Shown: positions 1 through 9,554, counted from the stretch's first letter. The stretch: DNA of 64,000 bases from an uncultured Bacteroides sp. (GCA_902168085.1 CABHOP010000078.1:33-64032), one strand, 5' to 3'. The notes: generated by a model from the letters alone, not told the origin. A program made the numbers and translations.

Positions 1-24
1 CTCGGAGATGTGTATAAGAGACAG
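1..24 (+). other. Nextera/Tn5 library adapter remnant (technical artefact)
   Basis: CTCGGAGATGTGTATAAGAGACAG is the 3' part of the Nextera read-2 adapter, including the 19-bp Tn5 mosaic end. It sits exactly at the contig end and reads as AVSYTHL on the minus strand. Confidence 0.97.
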
Positions 25-625
25 CATCCAAGCCTATAAAACCCCAGATCTTCTCTCCTCTTATACAATACAATTCCACGGCTTTCAGAAATTCGTTTAA
101 TATCAAAGGTCTGAAGAATTGGATATCCTCTTCTTTTAAAAAATCATGGGTCGCCCGCACAGAAGCTTCCCACAAGTCCGTCAGTTCTTGAAAATCCGAG
201 GTTCTTGGAATTTCTATCTCATGACCTTGCGAGTTCACTGCTTCATTCTTAACTGCCTGGTTTTGTTGTATTATATCGGCAAGCTGATGTTCATTCATAC
301 CGGCTTCTTTCAATGCTTCGGTGATAAAGGCTGTCTTTCCAGCTACATATACGTCTATGTCATTCACATGCTTATCTGCAAGCCTATGCTTGAGCACAGC
401 GTATTTTTCTTTCAGTTTCGCATTGGCACGCAGTCTGTCGCGCAGTAATAAATGATTCTGGTGGCTTGTACTGCCTTCCGTACACACATAGAGGTGGTGC
501 TCCGGCCAGATAGTATCTGTCTCCGTATAGGGCACGGATTTGTCCATCCGTTCAAACGCTTGTCTATCCAGAATCCCCCTGTCGCCAACATGGTGATAGT
601 GAAGTACAGGGAGGAGGTGTTCTGG
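25..625 (-). CDS. GrpB(UPF0157)-family domain fused to YjaB-like GNAT acetyltransferase; fragment lacking both start and end
   Basis: Hand translation of an open minus frame absent from the ORF track: YHHVGDRGI...PEHHLYVC...NHLLLRDRLRAN...YAVLK...YVAGKTAFI (GrpB motifs), then LWEASVRATHDFLKEEDIQFFRPLILNEFLKAV (YjaB-type GNAT N-terminus). It runs into the adapter; TAA at 628-626 lies upstream with no proper start. Confidence 0.8.
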
Positions 626-630
626 TTATT

Positions 631-2703
631 GTGCCCTGGCCGGGTCAGCCGTCCAAGTATTTTGTTTTCTACATTAAATCTGGAGGGCTGAGATATAGTG
701 TTGTTGATATGACGCTGGATGCCGGAAATGGCGCCGTTGATGCTTCCGTCAAAAATGTACTTGTTGGTAAAAATGCCGAGCTAATCGAACAGAAGATGAC
801 GGCGGTCCTCGGCTGCAATGGTATATGGCTGGTGGTGAGGTCCAGGAATGAAGGGAAATTCTATTCGTACCGGATCAGCGAAAGCGGTCTTGACACAACC
901 CGTGTAGAATCATTGATAGGGAACTTACCATTCAACCAATATGGCGGGCTAAACAGTTACTCAGGTGTGATCAAGTCATCGCCGGATGGGAGAAGATTGG
1001 TGTCTGCTAATTGCATTGGTGTGCCGGGCAGCAGCCAGCTGCCGAAGGGTGGCTTAGAGATCTATGATGTCGAGCAATGCAGCGGGAAAATTACGAATGC
1101 AGTCCTTCTTGATACAGGCGCATACTACGGTGCCTGTTTCTCTCCGGATGGTACCAAACTATATGCTACCCGGATATTTGACAGGACTGTCTACCAGTTT
1201 GACCTGAGCCTGCCAACCAATGCCGCCATTATCGCGTCGAAAACATTTATTCTAGCCAATTCATTTTTCAGCTGGTATCCCGAAGAGTATATTCTCGGAG
1301 ACCTTAAAAGAGGGCTGGATGGAAAGATATATCTTTCAAACAACGTTTGCACAAACAGCCCATATACAAACGGCATGCATGTGATCACGCAGCCTAATGT
1401 AGCGGGTACTGGCTGCAATCCATTACTGAATACGATTATAACAGGAGGCGCGGGAGCCTGTACGGGATTGAATCTTCCTGCTGATATCATTTACTATGTC
1501 AAACAGGATACTTTAAGCGGTACCCGGTACAAACTTACAGCCTGCTTTTTGGATTCGACTACGGCCATTGCTGCCGACGGAGCTTGCCACGTATGGTCTG
1601 ACGGTGTATCAGGCAAAGAGCGAGTGTTCAGGGTTCCCGGTGAATACGCCTGTTATTACCAGAATGGCAACTGCCAGATGTTAGTAGATACTTATACGGT
1701 TAAGTTTATACAGGTTCCGCAAGTCGCCGCTGCCGAATATAGCTGCATTAACCGTGGCATGGCTTACATTGCATTTTACAAAGCCACAGGCGAAGCGCTT
1801 TCTTACTCGCTGAAAGATAATGCCGGGGGTACCTTAGCCCAGGGGCAATCCCGAAACAGAGACACACTGGGAGGTCTGCTGCCGGGTATCTATCGTTTAC
1901 AGCTAATAACAAAAGAGGGGTGTGATACGACCTTTACCATTACAGTTAAAGCACTGCCCAAACCCGAGGCTGATTTCGAAATTGCAGAAACTGCCTGCGA
2001 GGGAAACCGAATAGATATCGAGAACCGGTCTGTCGCCCCTTGGGTGAAATGGTATTACTTCTATGATTCATCCGCAGCCAAAACGCCCGACATCGTATTC
2101 TATCATACCGGATTTCAGGATGTAACACAAGTCGTTCGGAACGTCGAAGGTTGTTATGACACACTGGTGCAGTCTATATTCATTCGTGATTTTCACGTTA
2201 CCCTGGCTGCCGAGCCGCCGGTCGTTCACAAAAATGAGTGGGTCACACTAACCTCCGATGCTGGAGAAGCTTTTAAGGTACTTTTCTGGAAGCCATTACT
2301 ATCCGATAGCTCGGCGAAAACGCTTCGCCTGCAGCTTGATACAACCAAGGTATTTACGGTGTTTGCAGAATCTGAATTTGGTTGCCGGGATAGCGCCAGT
2401 ATTACAGTGAATGTCGAGCCATATGTGTTTTTCCCTTCGGCATTCACGCCTAACGGTGATGGTAAAAATGACCGGTTCAGGCCGGTCAGCGCGGGCGCGC
2501 CTATTTTTGTCACCTTTTTTTATATCTACAACAGGTGGGGACAGTTAGTTTATGGCGGCCAAGGCCCAGCCGCCCGTGACGGGTGGGACGGTACATTCAG
2601 GGGCAAACCCTGTGATGTCGGGACCTACTACTATATGATACAGGTCGAGACGCCGCAAGGCGAAATCGTCAAGCAGACTGGAGACGTCACATTATTAAGA
2701 TAA
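631..2703 (+). CDS. T9SS type-B (gliding motility-associated/CHU_C CTD) secreted protein with beta-propeller-like and PKD/Ig-like regions; 5' truncated
   Basis: C-terminal FFPSAFTPNGDGKNDRF...IYNRWGQLVY...WDGTFRG...GTYYY...GDVTLLR motif. It begins mid-domain (VPWPGQPSKYFVF) with no signal peptide; in-frame stop at 511-513. Confidence 0.85.
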   Translation: MPWPGQPSKYFVFYIKSGGLRYSVVDMTLDAGNGAVDASVKNVLVGKNAELIEQKMTAVLGCNGIWLVVRSRNEGKFYSYRISESGLDTTRVESLIGNLPFNQYGGLNSYSGVIKSSPDGRRLVSANCIGVPGSSQLPKGGLEIYDVEQCSGKITNAVLLDTGAYYGACFSPDGTKLYATRIFDRTVYQFDLSLPTNAAIIASKTFILANSFFSWYPEEYILGDLKRGLDGKIYLSNNVCTNSPYTNGMHVITQPNVAGTGCNPLLNTIITGGAGACTGLNLPADIIYYVKQDTLSGTRYKLTACFLDSTTAIAADGACHVWSDGVSGKERVFRVPGEYACYYQNGNCQMLVDTYTVKFIQVPQVAAAEYSCINRGMAYIAFYKATGEALSYSLKDNAGGTLAQGQSRNRDTLGGLLPGIYRLQLITKEGCDTTFTITVKALPKPEADFEIAETACEGNRIDIENRSVAPWVKWYYFYDSSAAKTPDIVFYHTGFQDVTQVVRNVEGCYDTLVQSIFIRDFHVTLAAEPPVVHKNEWVTLTSDAGEAFKVLFWKPLLSDSSAKTLRLQLDTTKVFTVFAESEFGCRDSASITVNVEPYVFFPSAFTPNGDGKNDRFRPVSAGAPIFVTFFYIYNRWGQLVYGGQGPAARDGWDGTFRGKPCDVGTYYYMIQVETPQGEIVKQTGDVTLLR

Positions 2704-2723
2704 GGGAGGCATTTGCTTCCCTT
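2702..2723. terminator. Hairpin between convergent genes
   Basis: AAGGGAGGCA-TT-TGCTTCCCTT inverted repeat between the stop at 2703 and the stop at 2731. Confidence 0.55.
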
Positions 2724-2730
2724 ACCTCTT

Positions 2731-4755
2731 CTATAGGCTCAAACGTCTGCTTTTTTCTTCCTTGACCTCCTGCGGTTCCTCACTTGCTACACCGGCGTTA
2801 TGAGCCGTTGGCTGATTGTTCTGACCACATTCCCCCAGAATTGTCTGGATATCACCCTTGATCCTGTAATAGTTGGCCATCACCTCTTCATTCGTAAGGC
2901 TGCTACGCACCATAGGGATATCCTCATAAGTCTGTTCAGATTCTTTGATGCGTTCATGATCGTTAATAACCTCGGCATGAAACATTTTAAGATCAATGCG
3001 CTCATCCGGATTATCCGCGACAATCCCGACAAAGCTCCCAGAAGACAAAGACGAAATCGTTGAAGCGGGGATGGCACTGTCCAACTGCGTGGATCGGCTA
3101 AGGGATGTGTCTGAACTATTGACGGACATACTTCTGCGTTCCTGGATGATCTTGCCAAACCGCTCAGACAGTTGTTTGGCCGTTTCCCCGGTAGCTTGCC
3201 CGCTGATAATATTACCTGTGATGTTCATGATCACATCTGCCTGTTCCCGGCCGTAGTCCTTCTTTAATTGCGAATAGTCCTGCACTACCAGCGTTGCAGC
3301 AACTTTATTTGAGCGGGCTGTGGCAATGAGGCTATCCATACCATTGAAGTAAATAGTCGGAAACTCGTCAAAAATCAGGCTGCATTTTATCTGGTCTTTC
3401 CTGTTTACCTGCTTTACAACCCGGGAAATGTATAAAGACAAAACGGCACCATATATCTGGAGTTTTTGCGGGTTGTTTCCCATAGACACGATTTTGGGAT
3501 CTCTTGGATTGTTTATGTCCAGCGTGAAGTCATTCCCGGATAATACATAATAGAGTTGCGGCGAAGACAGTCGTGCCATACTGATCTTGGCACTGGCTAT
3601 CTGCCCCTCCAATTGCTCCATCGCATCATTCTGATAAGCGGAGACAAAGGGATTTACCAATACCTCGATCTCCGGCTCTGCCATAAGCACGGGGAAAAGC
3701 TTTTTATATTCTACCTGCATCAATTCAATTACGTGAGGTAGTGTGCAATAGATACCATCCTTGTATTTCCTCAGGTACCAGATAATCGCGGTAACGAAGT
3801 TGATAGGAGACTCTACAAAAAAGTCGCCCTGCTTCTTGACCCATTCCCTGTTAAGTCCAAGCATGATGGTCCGCGAGGCTTCCGTTGCGTCACTTATATC
3901 CTGCATACCAGCAGGATCAAGCGGATTGCAGCGATGCGAACACTTCAAATCGTCAAAATTGATGACATAGAACTTCGGCGGTACCGAATAGCAACCTCTC
4001 GATTGTAATAGCTGATTATAGGCGATCGTCGTCAAATCCGGATACTTAAAGTCGTATAGGAACATGGTAAATCCTTTCTCGATTTGTTGCGTCAAGACGT
4101 TCCTAATGATAAAGTAGGATTTCCCAGACCCGGGATTACCGATTACCAGAAGTCCGCGGAACGGGTTAATGATATTGATCCAGCTCTTTCTGACCTTGCT
4201 CTTCAAATTATAACGTGTGGGCAGATTGATAGAAAATTCATTCGTGATTTTTCGCTCTTCCTGTGGAAAGGTCTCATTCAATGAATTGAAAACGTCGTTG
4301 GAGAGCTTCTGAGTAATAAGGCGCGACAGCCTTGTTCCCCCGGCCAGTATCATCAGGAATCCAAGAACGGATAGGCACAAAATTGCCTTTTGGCATGAGT
4401 TTAAATTATGGAGGGGTAGCAGTGGTGCAGCAAAGTACATCATCAGCCCAAGGCCAACAAGTGCCAGATTTGATCGGACGCTGATCTGTTCATCCTTTCG
4501 ACCTTTGGCGCCGATCAAGGAAATGCCTAACAGGATAATCGGTGATATCTGCAGGGCATACTTGCAGGAGAATATAGGTGAATGGAGCAGGTTATTAATA
4601 ATTTTGTCCGCAATTGCCACCGTCAGTTCCGCACGTTCGAAAATGAGATGGCAGGTGACATACAAGTATACTATTAGCATGACGATGCCGATCAGCCTGG
4701 TGAGGTCCAGTATTTTCCGCAAGGCCTGCTCATTCTCTCCGGTTTGATGTGCCAT
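2731..4755 (-). CDS. mobC: Type IV coupling protein, Bacteroidetes MobC (VirD4-like)
   Basis: N-terminal GENEQALRKILDLTRLI plus TM helices; Walker A GNPGSGKS; YDFKYPDL, FDEFPTIYF, TARSNKVA and QDYSQL motifs typical of CTn MobC. Confidence 0.92.
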   Translation of the reverse strand: MAHQTGENEQALRKILDLTRLIGIVMLIVYLYVTCHLIFERAELTVAIADKIINNLLHSPIFSCKYALQISPIILLGISLIGAKGRKDEQISVRSNLALVGLGLMMYFAAPLLPLHNLNSCQKAILCLSVLGFLMILAGGTRLSRLITQKLSNDVFNSLNETFPQEERKITNEFSINLPTRYNLKSKVRKSWINIINPFRGLLVIGNPGSGKSYFIIRNVLTQQIEKGFTMFLYDFKYPDLTTIAYNQLLQSRGCYSVPPKFYVINFDDLKCSHRCNPLDPAGMQDISDATEASRTIMLGLNREWVKKQGDFFVESPINFVTAIIWYLRKYKDGIYCTLPHVIELMQVEYKKLFPVLMAEPEIEVLVNPFVSAYQNDAMEQLEGQIASAKISMARLSSPQLYYVLSGNDFTLDINNPRDPKIVSMGNNPQKLQIYGAVLSLYISRVVKQVNRKDQIKCSLIFDEFPTIYFNGMDSLIATARSNKVAATLVVQDYSQLKKDYGREQADVIMNITGNIISGQATGETAKQLSERFGKIIQERRSMSVNSSDTSLSRSTQLDSAIPASTISSLSSGSFVGIVADNPDERIDLKMFHAEVINDHERIKESEQTYEDIPMVRSSLTNEEVMANYYRIKGDIQTILGECGQNNQPTAHNAGVASEEPQEVKEEKSRRLSL

Positions 4756-4761
4756 GTTGTA

Positions 4762-6006
4762 TCAATTATTATTATGTCTGCGTTTTTTCTTTCTCTTTTT
4801 TCGTGGGCCTAACTCGAAAGGCATATTTGCTTGCTGGTCTTGTTCGGTAAGCATCTGTAGCGAAAAATGCATGGGAGAAGTCAGCTCGAAGCCGTCCATC
4901 AGGTTTGCATTTTCGCTCTTGACAGCTTTGTTTAACGGCTGCGCAGATTGGGAATTTGCCTCGAACGTTCGCTGTAGACCAACAGGAGTGAAATCCTTAC
5001 CGAGATGACTACCGTTGAAAACACATCTGTTTCTGTGGTCGACATAGGTTACGCCATAGGTCCTGCCGGCCTCATTGGTACGCGTTAAAACATCTATATT
5101 CCTGGTGGCCAAGGCGCGTGAAAACGCCGTCCATGAGCTTATACTACTATCATTAAGAACCATTTTAATTTCCTCAGCAAGCGCTCCGTTATGGCGCTTC
5201 CTCAGTACCTCGTTCACAGCAAATCTTTTGCGAAGCGTCCGCATAATTGGCTTACCGGGGAGACTGCTTCCTTTAATTGGTACGCCAAGTCCCAGCCCGT
5301 TTTTATCCAGTATACGGTATTGTATTCCGTCTGTTGATCTGAGGTAGCTTCCCTCAAGGCCCGTTTCCGCATGCACGTTAAAGGCTCTGAGCACAGCGTT
5401 GAGTTCCGGTATCGAGCAGTATTTGTACTCCTTGCAAACAAAAGAAACGACTTTCGCGATCGCATCTTTTGTTCCTTCAATCCCATAAGCCGCCGGGCGA
5501 GGCTTTCCAATGTCGGCAGATTGCTTTGCGTTTTCCTGGGTCCCGGCTACGCTCAAACCAAAATCCTTTTCCAGCTGTTTTCGTGCTGGTTCCGACAGCA
5601 GACGGCCGATATTGTGTGTGTTGATACGCGTGCCATCCTGTTGTACCAGTGAAGTCACAATATGTATATGCGGGTGCCCGGCGTCCTTGTGTTCATATAC
5701 CAGGAATGGCTGCTCACCGAAGCCAATCTTTTCCATATAACTGGTAGCAATGGTGTGTAACAGATCTGCGCCAAGACGATCATTTACATGAAAATTCAGC
5801 GAAATATGCAGCGTGTTTGTTTTAGCTCTTGGGTTAGCCTGATTGAGCAGCCTGAACCTGTTTAGCTTGTTTTTGAAAGTCAGATGTTCGATCTCGCATA
5901 GAAACTTGTTAGCCAAAATGAGTTCGGCTTTTCCCTGTTCCACTTTCCGCTCATTGTAGTTAAGTACATCACGGACACATTTACTGTGATGAATTATTGC
6001 AACCAT
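4762..6006 (-). CDS. mobB: Relaxase/mobilisation nuclease (MobB)
   Basis: VLNYNERKV, HISLNF and EHKDAGHPHIHIVTS (HUH motif), NGSHLGKDF, and a basic C-terminal tail RKKRKKKRR. Confidence 0.92.
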   Translation of the reverse strand: MVAIIHHSKCVRDVLNYNERKVEQGKAELILANKFLCEIEHLTFKNKLNRFRLLNQANPRAKTNTLHISLNFHVNDRLGADLLHTIATSYMEKIGFGEQPFLVYEHKDAGHPHIHIVTSLVQQDGTRINTHNIGRLLSEPARKQLEKDFGLSVAGTQENAKQSADIGKPRPAAYGIEGTKDAIAKVVSFVCKEYKYCSIPELNAVLRAFNVHAETGLEGSYLRSTDGIQYRILDKNGLGLGVPIKGSSLPGKPIMRTLRKRFAVNEVLRKRHNGALAEEIKMVLNDSSISSWTAFSRALATRNIDVLTRTNEAGRTYGVTYVDHRNRCVFNGSHLGKDFTPVGLQRTFEANSQSAQPLNKAVKSENANLMDGFELTSPMHFSLQMLTEQDQQANMPFELGPRKKRKKKRRHNNN

Positions 6007-6398
6007 TTAACAGCCATTTTTGATATAGCCTCCAATAGAACTTCCACTTTTTCGCCTACTGTTTTGTACTGTTCCGCAGCCCGCATTGCATTGAAAACTC
6101 TTTGGCCATCTGTATCGGAAATATGAAAGCGATGGGTAATTTGGTTGATATTAATACCGATTGAACGTAACTCCTTTCTAATACTCGCGAGTTCTTCCAT
6201 AACGGCATTCATCGAGTCGTCACGGTTGATAACCGTGATTTTTTCCTGAGATAATATTCTTCTTGCCACCTCTCCGACAGATGAGCAGTTTGAATTATCA
6301 TGCAGCTTTTCCAGCTTATCAAACAATGCTTCTGTGATTCGAAATGATATCAGCCTGGTCAATAATTTTTCCCTTGATATTGCCTTGTTCCTGCCCAT
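5994..6398 (-). CDS. Relaxosome accessory ribbon-helix-helix protein (MobA/MobC-type)
   Basis: ISFRITEA...SSVGEVARRIL...IGININQITHRFH; overlaps the relaxase start. Confidence 0.85.
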   Translation of the reverse strand: MGRNKAISREKLLTRLISFRITEALFDKLEKLHDNSNCSSVGEVARRILSQEKITVINRDDSMNAVMEELASIRKELRSIGININQITHRFHISDTDGQRVFNAMRAAEQYKTVGEKVEVLLEAISKMAVKWLQ

Positions 6399-6474
6399 GG
6401 ATGTTCAGTTTCCAGGTAATGGGAAAGCGCAAGTTCCGCGGCGCTTTAGTCCCTTATGAGCCGGGCGAAGAAGG

Positions 6475-6509
6475 GCAAGATTATTTTTGTAGACAAAAAT
6501 ACATCTTGC
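6475..6509. other. Candidate oriT hairpin
   Basis: GCAAGAT-TATTTTTGT-AG-ACAAAAATA-C-ATCTTGC inverted repeat (one bulge), directly upstream of the mob operon. Confidence 0.65.
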
Positions 6510-6550
6510 CACACACGCCAACCGTGGGTTGCTTCCCATCCCTGGTTTTG

Positions 6551-6868
6551 CTAATACTGCTGTTTGTTGGACTCCAGCATGTCTTTTATATCGTCTCCGG
6601 AGTAATATATCAAACCGCCGACTCGGGTAAACGGAAGTTTGCCGCTAATGCGAAGGCTAAGTAATTTCCCTCTGGATATATTCAGCAGCTTTTGAACCTC
6701 TGATGATTTCATCCACTTTTTTGTTATACCTGTATGTTCCTGTTGCTGGAGGAGGTTCCGAATTTCTTGAAATAATTGCGTCCTAAACGCCGCCAGATCA
6801 TCTTTGGTTAATAATTGTGCGGGTAGATTTCCTTCGCGCCACTGACTTAAACTCACTGCTTCGCTCAT
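6551..6868 (-). CDS. Excisionase-like helix-turn-helix (HTH_17) protein
   Basis: LLTKDDLAAFRTQLFQEI...KWMKSSEVQKLLNISRGKLLSLRISGKLPFTRVGGLIYY, the standard Bacteroidetes element HTH. Confidence 0.88.
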   Translation of the reverse strand: MSEAVSLSQWREGNLPAQLLTKDDLAAFRTQLFQEIRNLLQQQEHTGITKKWMKSSEVQKLLNISRGKLLSLRISGKLPFTRVGGLIYYSGDDIKDMLESNKQQY

Positions 6869-7272
6869 AAAATTGTATTTAGGTTTTGAGCAAATGTGAT
6901 GGATTGACCCTGTAGTGTTTTACATGTTGGTATGTAAGATGGTCGATTTTTTTTTCGCCACTAATTGTGTAGGCGAAGTGGAAACAGATCAAAGGTTTTG
7001 CTGAAGTTTCAAGGTATGTGCTGCAAACATGAATTCGCTTACTTGCAGATAACTGACATTCTGCAAATAAGATCATCTCAAGATTAAAGGTAGCCTCGAT
7101 GATCTCTTAGATTCAAATCTTGAGGCAGTGGAAATTTTTTTTAACCTGTGTCCGTTAGCCGATAAGTGCCATGTCGGTCATTGATAAGAATAGGGGAATT
7201 TCTCATAGCAAAAGTCCATTATTTGGTCCTGCATTTAATGTCGTGAACCGTCGTACAAATAAAAAATATCCG

Positions 7273-7722
7273 TTAACGCGCAGAAGCAATCCTCTTTTCT
7301 GTATTCATTACACTAGCATTTTTGAGATGTATGTTCATGGGTGACACGAGTTTATAAGGCCTGTTAAAAGCCTCCTGAGAGACTTTAAAATAGGTAGACA
7401 GTCCCCGAATGATTTCCTTCGAAAAGCCTTTTTTATAATTAAGGATGTCTGATATAAGCCCTTTGCTGACATTTAATATCTCCACCAGATCCTTTGCTTT
7501 CATTCCACGCTCTGCCATTAATGACTTTAGCAGAGAGACAGGATCGACTTCATGAAAGGTATTATGCTCCTCATCCCATGTATGGATAAGCAGCGTCAGC
7601 AACTCAATTTCATCATTCTGAGCACTGTTTTTTTCATCCAGGCTACAAAGGTCTTCTAAAATATTGCAGTACTGGTTATACTGCTTTTTGGTTTTGATAA
7701 TTCTATATTTCAACTCTTCCAT
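7273..7722 (-). CDS. higA: HigA-family antitoxin (HTH)
   Basis: DEIELLTLLIHTWDEEH...DPVSLLKSLMAERGMKAKDL...ISDILNYKKGFSK; lies downstream of higB. Confidence 0.88.
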   Translation of the reverse strand: MEELKYRIIKTKKQYNQYCNILEDLCSLDEKNSAQNDEIELLTLLIHTWDEEHNTFHEVDPVSLLKSLMAERGMKAKDLVEILNVSKGLISDILNYKKGFSKEIIRGLSTYFKVSQEAFNRPYKLVSPMNIHLKNASVMNTEKRIASAR

Positions 7723-7743
7723 AATACTCGATATTTATTATTC

Positions 7744-8076
7744 CTAATAAACAGATATCGTATACTGCTTCCCTTGGTTACATAACCGGTTGTATTGAGC
7801 ATGTGTTCCGATCCAACAAACAAATAGATGTACCTGCCTGTCTCCAAAAGCATACTTACATATCACCCGATAATTGTTGCCGCCGATATCAAAAACAACT
7901 CTTTCCGTTCCATTGCCTAACAGGTCCGCAGAGCCAAAACTGATTTGAATATCTTCAGGGCGCTCCCAGTCTGCATACTTCAGGATGTTTAACCAAATTT
8001 CCAGCGACGGCCGGCTTCGTGCGTTTGCGGCGCCATAAGCCTCAATCGTTTGCTTTTTAATAAGGTGCACTTTCAT
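7744..8076 (-). CDS. higB: HigB-family toxin
   Basis: WERPEDI...FGSADLLG...RVVFDIGGNNYRVIC...WIGTHAQY; toxin-first gene order. Confidence 0.92.
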   Translation of the reverse strand: MKVHLIKKQTIEAYGAANARSRPSLEIWLNILKYADWERPEDIQISFGSADLLGNGTERVVFDIGGNNYRVICKYAFGDRQVHLFVCWIGTHAQYNRLCNQGKQYTISVY

Positions 8077-8103
8077 AGAAATGCGTTATAAAGTTACGAA
8101 TAA

Positions 8104-8120
8104 GTTCACAAAAAGTGAAC
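8104..8120. promoter_or_regulatory. Candidate HigA operator
   Basis: Perfect GTTCAC-N5-GTGAAC palindrome about 30 bp upstream of the higB start. Confidence 0.55.
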
Positions 8121-8138
8121 AATTTTTTCATGGATGAA

Positions 8139-9359
8139 TTAGAGACCGGCGTTAAGCTTTTGTTTAAGGAGTTTCATATCATCGCTTACTTTACGGTCGA
8201 GTATCTTGGCATAATGCTGTGTTATCTTGATATTCTTATGTCCGAGCATCTTGCTAACAGATTCTATGGGAACGCCGTTAGATAAAGTGACAGTGGTAGC
8301 GAAAGTGTGCCGAGCTATATGGAAGGTCAGTACCTTGTTTATTCCGCATAGGTCTGCGATCTCTTTCAGGTATGCATTCATCTTTTGATTGCTCAACACA
8401 GGAAGCACTCTGTCTTCAGAAACGCATTGTGGGTGATCATTATATTTGTCAACAATTCCCTGGGCGATCGGAAGTAGTGGTATGCGCGATTGGGTATCCG
8501 TTTTTTGCCTTTCGGTAAATATCCACTTATCACCATCTACACCCAATGCAATTTCGGAACGCTTCAGCTTCTTCACATCGGCATATGCAAGTCCTGTGAA
8601 ACAACAGAACAGAAAAATATCCCGTACCTGACCCAATCGTTCCGTAGCAAAGGGCTTGTCAGCCATAATCTGTAGCTCACCGTCAGAGAGATAGTGACGC
8701 ACTACTTCCCGTTTTGTCATTTTAAAACCCAGAAACGGATCCTTTTGCAGCCACCCATTTCTGATACAGATATTGACAATCTTTCGAAAGTTGCCGATAT
8801 ACTTCATGGTCGTATTATGGTTGCAATTACGAATACTTTTTAACCAGAACTCGTAGTCGGTGACAAATTCATAATTCAACTTGTCGATGGCGATATCTTC
8901 AATACCATACTTCCATTTTAAAAAGGACTTCGTATGATCAAAAGATGTCTTATAGCGCTCCAAGGTCGCTGCGGAGTAGTCCTTGTTAATTAGTTGGCCC
9001 ATTTTATTATTATGCTCTGTAAAAACCTCACACAGCATACGCGACTTGTCGGCAACCCCGGACCATTTGGCTTTAAAAGTTTCAACAGTTAACGGCTCAT
9101 CGCTTTGGAGGATTTCCTTTTGGTAGGTATACACCTTTGCCCGCAACGTGTCAAGGTAAACGTTTACGCGCTTGGCATCTTCCGAACTACCTTTCATTCG
9201 GCCGGCCTCAGTCGACCATTTTGATCTGTCCACATCCCTATGTGTACTTACTTCAAATCTGGTTCCATTAATTGTTACCCGCAGGTAGATAGTAGCCTGT
9301 TCATCTGACTTTTTCCTCTTTGATTTTGCAAAAAACAAAATGCTTAGTCGCGTCTCCAT
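8139..9359 (-). CDS. Site-specific tyrosine integrase (arm-binding + SAM-like + catalytic domains)
   Basis: IYLRVTING (arm-binding domain), RDIFLFCCFTGLAYADV, TFHIARHTFATTVTLSNGVPIESVSKMLGHKNIKITQHYA (catalytic R-H-R-H-Y). Confidence 0.96.
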   Translation of the reverse strand: METRLSILFFAKSKRKKSDEQATIYLRVTINGTRFEVSTHRDVDRSKWSTEAGRMKGSSEDAKRVNVYLDTLRAKVYTYQKEILQSDEPLTVETFKAKWSGVADKSRMLCEVFTEHNNKMGQLINKDYSAATLERYKTSFDHTKSFLKWKYGIEDIAIDKLNYEFVTDYEFWLKSIRNCNHNTTMKYIGNFRKIVNICIRNGWLQKDPFLGFKMTKREVVRHYLSDGELQIMADKPFATERLGQVRDIFLFCCFTGLAYADVKKLKRSEIALGVDGDKWIFTERQKTDTQSRIPLLPIAQGIVDKYNDHPQCVSEDRVLPVLSNQKMNAYLKEIADLCGINKVLTFHIARHTFATTVTLSNGVPIESVSKMLGHKNIKITQHYAKILDRKVSDDMKLLKQKLNAGL

Positions 9360-9458
9360 ACTTATCTGCTTTAAAAGTTTCTAAATATAAATTCTTCACG
9401 TTTCCGGAATTACCAAGTTGGTATGTCTGAGAGCCTTATTTAGCAAGGCTTTCAGACG

Positions 9459-9502
9459 AATTCGGTGATACCGATTCGGGGAATAGTTCGTATCACCGAA
9501 TT
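9459..9502. repeat. 13-bp inverted repeat in the att region (possible integrase arm-type sites)
   Basis: AATTCGGTGATAC (9459-9471) / GTATCACCGAATT (9490-9502), between the integrase and the tRNA. Confidence 0.5.
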
Positions 9503-9554
9503 TTCCCCTAGCAGATTGAACAAGATTAGCTGAGTTAAGACAGGCCAAAAACAA

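Noticed and set aside
5-24. Tn5 transposon end
   Set aside because: The extra CTCGG matches the Nextera adapter, it sits at the contig edge, and there is no transposase: a library artefact.
146-691. ORFs 146-448 and 452-691 (+)
   Set aside because: They are antisense shadows of the GrpB-GNAT frame and have no recognisable motifs.
6879-7076. 65-aa ORF as an RteC-like remnant
   Set aside because: I could not match any RteC motif; there is no supporting start context.
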